Shown here piece after piece: positions 8,076 through 14,439 of a DNA stretch of 32,000 bases. How positions within the stretch are numbered: position 1 is the first letter of the stretch; every line of letters begins with the position of its first letter. The DNA is from Dehalococcoidia bacterium (GTDB taxonomy: Bacteria > Chloroflexota > Dehalococcoidia > SHYB01). Below the pieces are notes generated by a model that did no database searches, had not been told where the DNA came from, and saw nothing but the letters and a program-made list of their open reading frames with translations. Location: positions 566,088 to 598,087 of the forward strand of contig CAXXHW010000001.1 of assembly GCA_963666265.2 (NCBI GenBank), read 5' to 3'. The translations under genes and the position numbers were made by a program.

Positions 8076-9103
8076 GTGTTCGTTCTTGTGATCTTCCGGC
8101 GAGTAGTGGCAAGGGCTGCCAAGGGGAATCCGCGAGTTCTTCTACTCCTCTCAGTCGCCCTGCTCTTCCTCGGCTCCGCGGCCATCTACTTTGTCGAGCA
8201 TACCAGGAACCAGGATTTCGCAACCTTCGGGGAGAGTGTCTGGTGGGCGATAGTAACGACGTCCACAGTGGGTTATGGGGACAAGGTCCCTATCACGGTC
8301 CCGGGCCGGGCCATCGCATCGGTTACTATGATCGGGGGTCCTATCCTGCTGGCATCGCTTGCAGGGGCGGTAGCTGTCCTTGTGTATGAAGAATGGCGAA
8401 GGGTGGTGACAGGAATGTCCCAGGTCGTCTCGAAGAAGCACATTTTGGTCTGCGGATGGAACCCCAGGGCGAAGGACGCCATTGAAGAACTCCGGTTAAG
8501 CCGAAGGTTCCGCAGCTGGCCCATCACCATAATTGACGATCGGATCGACACCAAGCCCATCGGGAATGGAAGGTCACCTTTGTCCATGGCAGTCCGGCGG
8601 ATTCCGGCGTGTTGGAACGGGCGAATACTCGCGAGGCGGCGTTCGTCTTTGCGGAAGATGCAACACCCGCGGCTGACCAAAGGACGGCCCTCACCGTCCT
8701 GGCGATCAAGTATCTCAATCCTTCGATCCAGTGCAGCGCTGAACTGAATGACGCCAAGAATGAGCCCCATCTTCGCCGCGCCGGTTGTGACGTCGTGGTG
8801 AATACCGGGAACCTGACGAGCAAGCTGCTGTCCCTCTCCATTGAAAATCCCGCCATTAATCAGGTTGTCAGTGAGCTGGTATCCCGTACTCGCGGCAATG
8901 AGGTCTACCGCGTTGAATCTCCACCCAGATACTCCGACGGGCCTTTTTACGAGGCTTTCCAGGCTTTGAAGCGCTCACACAACATGATCATCATTGGGGT
9001 TGAACGGGAAGACCAGAGCCTGATCAACCCTTCGGCCGATTTCGCTTTGCGACCTGGCGACGCCTTCTTGGTCATCTCGGAACAGTCTCCCGTTCTAGAT
9101 TAG
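8076..9103 (+). pseudogene. MthK-like two-TM K+ channel with RCK (TrkA-N plus TrkA-C) domains, interrupted by a 1-nt frameshift near 8568-8572
   Basis: Track ORF 8076..8747 gives TM1, pore helix plus filter WWAIVTTSTVGYGD, TM2 and the start of the Rossmann domain (HILVCGWNPRAKDAIEEL). After ..DTKPIGNG it degenerates into Arg/Ser-rich nonsense. Frame +2 (track ORF 8609..9103, open from 8537) continues with KVTFVHGSPADSGVLERANTREAAFVFAED... and a TrkA-C domain. Adding one base in ggaagg (e.g. gga-aag) gives continuous ..PIGNGKVTFVHG.. Confidence 0.8.
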
Positions 9104-9153
9104 GACAGTTAGTAGCTCCTCCTGCGCTGGCTCGCAGTTACGCCAGATGGGCC

Positions 9154-9202
9154 TGAGCTTCCGATTTGCATCCCGATTCGTCATCGGGACGAAGTCGGGA
9201 CT
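9154..9202 (-). repeat. 45-nt hairpin element, copy B (inverted relative to copy A)
   Basis: tgagcttccgatttgcatcccgattcgtcatcgggacgaagtcgggac is the reverse complement of 7829-7873, with 2-3 small differences. Confidence 0.8.
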
Positions 9203-9243
9203 TGTCGGAAGACGCCTTCTTTTTGGAATAGCCTCGGTTAGGC

Positions 9244-9272
9244 GTGACATCGATGCGGAATTCATATATAAT
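9244..9272 (+). promoter_or_regulatory. sigma70-like promoter of mscS (-35 GTGACA, 17 nt, -10 TATAAT)
   Basis: GTGACA at 9244-9249 and TATAAT at 9267-9272. Paralogous to 7915-7943. Confidence 0.55.
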
Positions 9273-9305
9273 AGGTTTTGAACTTTTTTGAAATTGGTGG
9301 CTGCT

Positions 9306-10190
9306 ATGCCGGATGTGGACTTCACATTCAATGTAGCGGGTATGGTCAACCGAGGAGTCACCGTCGCCATTATCCTGGTGGCGACCTGGATCCTCGTGAG
9401 AATTGTGAGACGGGTGATCACAAGGTTGATAACCGCTCAGATTCCGAAGTTGCGAGCGGAATCGCCGGAGGAGCTGGCCTCCCGTTCGCATACCCTGAGC
9501 GCGGCGATCAGTCAGACCGTCGGCACCGTCATTTGGATCATCGCCGGGATGATGGTCCTGAGCGAAGCCGGGATCAACATCGGTCCGCTGGTGGCGGCCC
9601 TTGGACTGGCCTCCCTGGCGTTGGGCTTCGCAGCCCAGGGGATTATCCGTGACTACATTCATGGCATGTACATCCTTCTGGAGGACTGGTATCGGGTGGG
9701 GGAGGTGGCCATCGTGGCGGGGATCGGCGGCCTGGTGGTGGATATCACTCTCCGGAGGACTGTCCTCCGAGACCTCGATGGGGTGTGGCACAACATCCCC
9801 AACAGCAAGATAGAGATGGCCAGCAACGTCACCAGGGACATGGCCCGCATCAATCTGAACATTGAAGTCGCTTACGGGGAGAACCTGGACAACGTGATCC
9901 GGGTCATCAACGAGGTCGGCGTCGAGCTCAAAGCGGATGAGACCCACGGACCAAACCTATTGACTACCCCCAGGGTTGAGGGTGTGGACAAGCTGGGCTC
10001 GTCCGGTATCGAGATCAAGATTCTCGGCGATACCAAGGCCGGTACCCATTGGGGGCTAACTCGCGAGCTAAGGAAACGACTCAAAGACCGGTTCGACGAA
10101 GAGGGGATCGAGATTCCCTGGCCCCACGCAAAGGTTTACTTTGGTGACGAGCTCCGTCACGCCGAGAGTGTCATGGGGGACCGCCGCTAG
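9306..10190 (+). CDS. mscS: small-conductance mechanosensitive channel (MscS family)
   Basis: Track ORF starts at TTG 9288. ATG 9306, with GGTGG 6 nt upstream, is preferred. TM helices (VTVAIILVATWILV, VGTVIWIIAGMMVL, LGLASLALGFAAQG) are followed by the MscS beta-domain block GEVAIVAGIGGLVVDITLRRTVLRDLDGVWHNIPNSKI. Confidence 0.88.
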   Translation: MPDVDFTFNVAGMVNRGVTVAIILVATWILVRIVRRVITRLITAQIPKLRAESPEELASRSHTLSAAISQTVGTVIWIIAGMMVLSEAGINIGPLVAALGLASLALGFAAQGIIRDYIHGMYILLEDWYRVGEVAIVAGIGGLVVDITLRRTVLRDLDGVWHNIPNSKIEMASNVTRDMARINLNIEVAYGENLDNVIRVINEVGVELKADETHGPNLLTTPRVEGVDKLGSSGIEIKILGDTKAGTHWGLTRELRKRLKDRFDEEGIEIPWPHAKVYFGDELRHAESVMGDRR

Positions 10191-10291
10191 CGACCGGCTT
10201 GACGCCTTCCCATGGCATGATACTGAAGAAGGCCTGCCTTGAGCTCGTCGTAGGGGGGCGCCCATCAAGGGCCTTCATCCATTCCTTGTCC

Positions 10292-10512
10292 TCTTCCCCT
10301 TGATAGGGGAGAGTGGCCTTGCACAAGATGTCATTCTGAGTCCTGACGTGTCGGGACGAAGAATCTGGGGTGGGGCAGACTTCACCCCCATCCTAACCTC
10401 CCCCCTTCAAGGGGGAAGGGACTCATCCCCAGACCCTTCGGCTTCGCTCAGGGTGACACAGCATTTCTCACTTTTTGTGCAAAGCCGCGGGAGAGATAGA
10501 GAGGGGGTGTTT
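10292..10512 (+). repeat. MITE-like composite intergenic repeat, copy A
   Basis: Shares with 13220-13428 the blocks gcacaagatgtcattctgag, gaatctgggg and ccccagacccttcggcttcgctcagggtgaca. Near-terminal inverted match ggccttgcacaa / ttgtgcaaagcc. Internal hairpins TCCCCT-tgat-AGGGGA and CCCCC-ttcaa-GGGGG. Sits between convergent mscS and orf122. Confidence 0.75.
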
Positions 10513-10524
10513 TTCAGCACCCTG

Positions 10525-10893
10525 CTACTCCGGGACGATGTCGGCGATTTCGAAGCTCAGGTCGCCTAGCCCCACAACGGCGAACCCGATACCGACCTTG
10601 TGAGGCCCCGGCCCCAGCTTTCGGCCCTTCACCATCATCACGGACTCTCGGTTCATCACAAGTGTGAAGGGGTTCTCCTTACTCACCGACGAGAATGGAG
10701 TCTCCTCTCCTTCCACCATGAAGAATGAGCTTTCCAGGGGTACCTCTTCGCCGTCCACCTTCAAGGGGAGAAGCCGCTGGGCGTAGCCTGATCCCAGCGA
10801 GTTCTTCAAGGAAAGCTTGAACCCATCCTCCGTGTTTTGCAGGCTGCCCTTCACGTAGAGCCGTTTGAGAATAAAGCCGGGAACTTTGATCAT
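10525..10893 (-). CDS. hypothetical protein (122 aa), third gene of the kinase-aldolase operon
   Basis: ATG 19 nt after the aldolase stop. Non-shadow composition (MIKVPGFILKRLYVKGSLQNTEDGFKLSLKNSLGSGYAQRLLPLKVDGEEVPLE...). No family recognised. Confidence 0.6.
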   Translation of the reverse strand: MIKVPGFILKRLYVKGSLQNTEDGFKLSLKNSLGSGYAQRLLPLKVDGEEVPLESSFFMVEGEETPFSSVSKENPFTLVMNRESVMMVKGRKLGPGPHKVGIGFAVVGLGDLSFEIADIVPE

Positions 10894-10912
10894 GCGGCTT
10901 TCTTGACCTTTG

Positions 10913-11590
10913 CTAAGAGTTGGGAGCTTCAGTAAGGTGGGTCATCCGGAAAAGATCTTGTTCGATGGCTACAACCTCATCGGGGAGCAGGTTGACTCGG
11001 TCGAGGGCACGCGCCATCAAGTAGATATGGGCGGCCCGTTCCACCATTTCGCAAACGGCCAACGCCTCTCGAAGGTCCTTGCCGACTCCCACCAGGCCGT
11101 GGTTAGCCAGCAGCGCGGCGTTGCGCTCGTCAAGGGCCGCCGCCACATTGTCGGCCAGCTCCTCGGTGCTGGGAAAGGCGTACTCAGCCACCCTGACCTC
11201 GCCACCGACCGATGCCACGATCTCGTCGATGACGGGGGGGAGCTCCAGTCTGGCGACCGCCAGGACGCTGGCATAGACGGAGTGGGTGTGGACGAAGGCC
11301 CCGACGTCCGGTCGGGCGCGATAAGCCGCCACGTGCATCAGGGTCTCAACCGAGGGTAACAGGTCCCCCTCCACCGGCTCTCCCTCGAAATCGATCACCT
11401 GAATGTCGTCGGCCTGCAGCTCGTCGTAGTACTTACCACTGGGTGTGATGGCCAGCAGCTCTTGGCCTTCGCCGAGGCGCATGCTGACATTGCCCGAGCT
11501 CCCGACCACGAGCCCTTTGCGGGCCATGTCCCGGCCCGTTGCCAGCACCGCTTCCTTCTCTTGCTGCCACCTGCTCGTCATGCTGCTCAT
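10913..11590 (-). CDS. class II aldolase/adducin-family protein (fuculose-1-phosphate-aldolase-like)
   Basis: Track ORF 10913..11683 trimmed to ATG 11588-11590 (GGAG upstream), which removes the overlap with the kinase gene. GSSGNVSMRL, ITPSG, metal-binding HTHS and ANHG blocks. Confidence 0.85.
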   Translation of the reverse strand: MSSMTSRWQQEKEAVLATGRDMARKGLVVGSSGNVSMRLGEGQELLAITPSGKYYDELQADDIQVIDFEGEPVEGDLLPSVETLMHVAAYRARPDVGAFVHTHSVYASVLAVARLELPPVIDEIVASVGGEVRVAEYAFPSTEELADNVAAALDERNAALLANHGLVGVGKDLREALAVCEMVERAAHIYLMARALDRVNLLPDEVVAIEQDLFRMTHLTEAPNS

Positions 11591-11609
11591 GATCTCCGTA
11601 TGCCGGACA

Positions 11610-13130
11610 TTATAGCCTATCGCCCAGGGCGTCCAGGCCTTCGTCCATGGCCAGCCAGCGGCTATAGTAGTCCTGGTAGTCAATGGATAGTATCGGGTCT
11701 TGAGGCATAAGCCGGCCTCGTTTCGCCATCGCTCCGGCCGCTTGCCTCAGCCCGGAATAGGCATCGGTACCGGCGGCTGCGCAAATTGCCGCGCCGAGCC
11801 CAGTGACCTCGGGGCTCCTCGCCAGGAGGAGCGGGCAGTCCAGGACGTTGGCCAGGATGCGGGTCAGCGTCCGGCTCTTCGCCATGCCGCCGCCGAAGCT
11901 TACACCGGACGGGGCGACGCCCGTGATTTCCTCGATCTGCGCGAGATTGCTCTTGATGGCGAAGGACAGGTTTTCCAGAGTGGCCCGGAACAGGTCAGCG
12001 TTGCCAATGGGCAGGGTGTCTGATAGCAGGGGGAAGAGGAGCCCGCCCCAGCGTGGCCCAACGTTCGCCATGTTTGCGGTCCGGGGTCCCAGGAACGCCA
12101 GGGCCGCGTTGGAGCCGGGTGGCGCATTCCTGGCCAGCCTATCGATGGCGGCGTAGCGGTCCTCGGAGCCGTCCACCGCCAGGTTCGTAGCAGCCCAGCG
12201 GTAGGCCCCGCCAGCCTCGGTAGCGCTGCTCTCCAACACCCAGCGATCGCCCATGAGGTGCCGGCCGCTCCAGGTCCGCATCGCATCGTCCAGGTAGAGC
12301 CGGTCCGTGACCGCTTGCACCGGGGCGCTCCACCCCGCGACGACCCCCACCTGTCCCGGCTCTGTGACCCCCATGCCCAGCAGACCGCATTGCGTGTCAG
12401 GCCCGCCGGCGACGACCCGAGTTTGACGGGAGAGTCCTGTCGCTGCGGCTGCCTCCGTGCTCACCTGGCCCAGGACCTGCCCTGACTCCGTGAGCGGTGG
12501 CAAGATATCCGTTGGCAGCTTCAGGAGTGACAGCAAATCGGTGGCCCACTCGCCGTCGGCGACATTGAGGAGTCCTATCTCCGCCGCCGAGGAGCGCTCC
12601 ACCGCCGGCACGCCGCATAGCCTGTAGGCGATCCAGGAATCCAGGCTCAGGACATGGCGGACCCGTTCGAGTAGCCCCGGACGATTGTTCTTGTGCCACT
12701 GGAGCTTGGCGGGGGCGAAGAGGAACGAGGGCAAGTGGCCCGTGGTGTTGTACACCTTGTCTTGGTGTTCCTCATCGATGCTCTGTCCCTCCATGAACGC
12801 CCGCAGGTCCGTATTCGGACCTGCATAGAGCTCCCGTCCCTCGCCGTCAAGGAGAACGATTCCCTCCCTCTGGCTGGTAGCGCTGGCCGCGGCTACGTCG
12901 GCTCCCCGGATTCCTGCCTCGCGCATCGACCTGCGTACCAGGCGGCCAAGGACGGTCCAGAGAGTATCGGCGGAAAGCTCCCTGCCCAGGGGCGCAAGGT
13001 CGGCGGGTGCGGTTGGCGCCACCTCCGACGACGCCTGGCCCACGATGTTGCCCCGGGCGTCGGTCACGATGCAGCGTAGACGGCTGCTGCCCAGGTCCAC
13101 CGCCAAAAAGTACGGGCCTGTTCTACTCAA
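11610..13130 (-). CDS. FGGY-family carbohydrate kinase (by eye closest to the LsrK/AI-2-kinase-like branch)
   Basis: Start moved to TTG 13128-13130 (GGAGGA 4 nt upstream), giving LSRTGPYFLAVDLGSS. ATSQREGIVLLDGEGRELYAGPNTDLRA and LDSWIAYRLCG parallel E. coli LsrK CSMREGIVLYNNEG..ACANVDARA and ISDWLAYMLSG. Substrate unknown. Confidence 0.82.
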   Translation of the reverse strand: MSRTGPYFLAVDLGSSRLRCIVTDARGNIVGQASSEVAPTAPADLAPLGRELSADTLWTVLGRLVRRSMREAGIRGADVAAASATSQREGIVLLDGEGRELYAGPNTDLRAFMEGQSIDEEHQDKVYNTTGHLPSFLFAPAKLQWHKNNRPGLLERVRHVLSLDSWIAYRLCGVPAVERSSAAEIGLLNVADGEWATDLLSLLKLPTDILPPLTESGQVLGQVSTEAAAATGLSRQTRVVAGGPDTQCGLLGMGVTEPGQVGVVAGWSAPVQAVTDRLYLDDAMRTWSGRHLMGDRWVLESSATEAGGAYRWAATNLAVDGSEDRYAAIDRLARNAPPGSNAALAFLGPRTANMANVGPRWGGLLFPLLSDTLPIGNADLFRATLENLSFAIKSNLAQIEEITGVAPSGVSFGGGMAKSRTLTRILANVLDCPLLLARSPEVTGLGAAICAAAGTDAYSGLRQAAGAMAKRGRLMPQDPILSIDYQDYYSRWLAMDEGLDALGDRL

Positions 13131-13219
13131 ATATCCTCCCCTCTTGTCGGGGAGGATTAAGGTGGGGGGTGCCCGGCCCACAACTTTTCCTCGAGGCCCT
13201 GGTATTTGCTCTGCTCATG

Positions 13220-13428
13220 CCCCCGTCCTATCCTTCCCCCGGCCCTGCACAAGATGTCATTCTGAGGAGCGCAGCGACGACAGAATCTGGGGGGGCAGAT
13301 TCAACAGAAAGCCCTCCACCTCCCCAGACCCTTCGGCTTCGCTCAGGGTGACCTGTTCATACGCTCAAGGTGACACATGATTTCTCAAAGCCCCGCAAGA
13401 GGGGAAGGGGTTACCCTCTCCCCCGTCC
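13220..13428 (+). repeat. MITE-like composite intergenic repeat, copy B, bounded by 9-bp direct repeats
   Basis: CCCCCGTCC occurs at 13220-13228 and 13420-13428, exactly 200 nt apart. Inverted CCTTCCCC (13232-13239) / GGGGAAGG (13401-13408) lie just inside. Internal blocks are shared with copy A. The last codons and TAA of the 2-HADH-like gene lie inside the right end. Confidence 0.7.
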
Positions 13429-14439
13429 GGCCTTCCATAACGACCGCCTTTTTGGCCACGCTTCGGGATTGACGAGGCGGTTGGGGCGCTTTCCTTCGAG
13501 GACCAGGAGAAGATCATCGGTGATCATCTTGGAATGGCGCTGGACGGTCTCTTTGGTCGCTCCGCCGATGTGCGGTGTCAGCACGACTCGGTCCAGCGTC
13601 AGGAGCTTGCTGCTGGAGGGCAGAGGCTGCCCGTCGAACACGTCCAGGGCCGCGCCGGCGATGCCTTCCCGTTCCAGGGTCTCCACCAGCGCCTGCTCCT
13701 CCACGACTCCCGGAGCAGACGTGTTCACCAGATAAGCGGTTGGCTTCATCATCGCCAGCTGCTGCTGTCCGATCATTCCCAGGGTGTCCGGCAGCGCCGG
13801 AGCGTGGACCAGGACGTAATCGGACTCGGCCAGTAGCCGGTCCAGGTCTTTAAGGGTGACGTCCAGGGCCCCGGCCTCCTCCGTGGTGACATAGGGGTCC
13901 GTGGCGATGACCGCCATCTCCATGGCCTGAAGCCTTCGGGCCACGAGCTTGCCGATAGCGCCGAGGCCGATGATGCCCGCCGTTTTTCCGGCCAGCTCCG
14001 TCCCCTGAAACACGTCGTAGGCCTCCACTGGGTCTGACCAGCGGCCCTCCTTGACGTGATGGTGGGCGTCCGGGATGTGGCGGGCCAGGGCCAGCATTGT
14101 CCCCACCGTGAGCTCGGCGACGGCGTGAGCGTTCCTCCCCGGCGTGTTGACGACCAGTATCCCCCGCTCAGTGGCGGCGTCGACGTCGACGTGGTTGATG
14201 GCGCCCCGGCAGATGCCGATAAACTCCAGACCCGGTACTTGCTCCATCGTCTCCTCGAAGACGAAGTCCGCCTCGATCACGACGCCCTGATAGCCGCCGC
14301 CGTTCAAGAGGTCGGCCAGCTCCTCGGGATCGTACAGCCGGTTGGTCGCAAGCCAGCTTTCGTGGTAGACGCTCATTGCCGCCGAGAGGCGCCGCAGCTG
14401 CTCCGGGGCGAAGGGGGCGAGTATCAGGACATTTTTCAT
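13411..14439 (-). CDS. D-isomer 2-hydroxyacid dehydrogenase-fold protein with non-canonical active site (Arg->Pro, Glu->Gln)
   Basis: 342 aa. ATG overlaps the hpnE stop (ATGA at 14436-14439). GIIGLGAIG NAD loop and LTPHIGGAT His block are present, but LVNTSAPGVVE replaces ..N.SRG..VD and DVFDGQP replaces DVF..EP (by-eye alignment to E. coli SerA). Confidence 0.85.
   Translation of the reverse strand: MKNVLILAPFAPEQLRRLSAAMSVYHESWLATNRLYDPEELADLLNGGGYQGVVIEADFVFEETMEQVPGLEFIGICRGAINHVDVDAATERGILVVNTPGRNAHAVAELTVGTMLALARHIPDAHHHVKEGRWSDPVEAYDVFQGTELAGKTAGIIGLGAIGKLVARRLQAMEMAVIATDPYVTTEEAGALDVTLKDLDRLLAESDYVLVHAPALPDTLGMIGQQQLAMMKPTAYLVNTSAPGVVEEQALVETLEREGIAGAALDVFDGQPLPSSSKLLTLDRVVLTPHIGGATKETVQRHSKMITDDLLLVLEGKRPNRLVNPEAWPKRRSLWKAGRGRG

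Noticed and set aside
8556-8581. Programmed -1 ribosomal frameshift in the K+ channel gene
   Set aside because: No X-XXY-YYZ slippery heptamer at the shift site (c-ggg-aat-gga-agg) and no obvious downstream stimulatory structure. A 1-nt indel or consensus error is the simpler explanation.
9138-9947. 269-aa reverse ORF antisense to mscS
   Set aside because: Shadow ORF. The forward frame carries the clear MscS TM and beta-domain motifs.
10228-10276. Long imperfect hairpin GAAGGCC-tg-CCTTGA...TCAAGG-GCCTTC after mscS as a rho-independent terminator
   Set aside because: The ~24-nt loop, the bulge and the absence of a following T-run make a canonical intrinsic terminator call unsafe. It may still be a structural RNA or DNA element.
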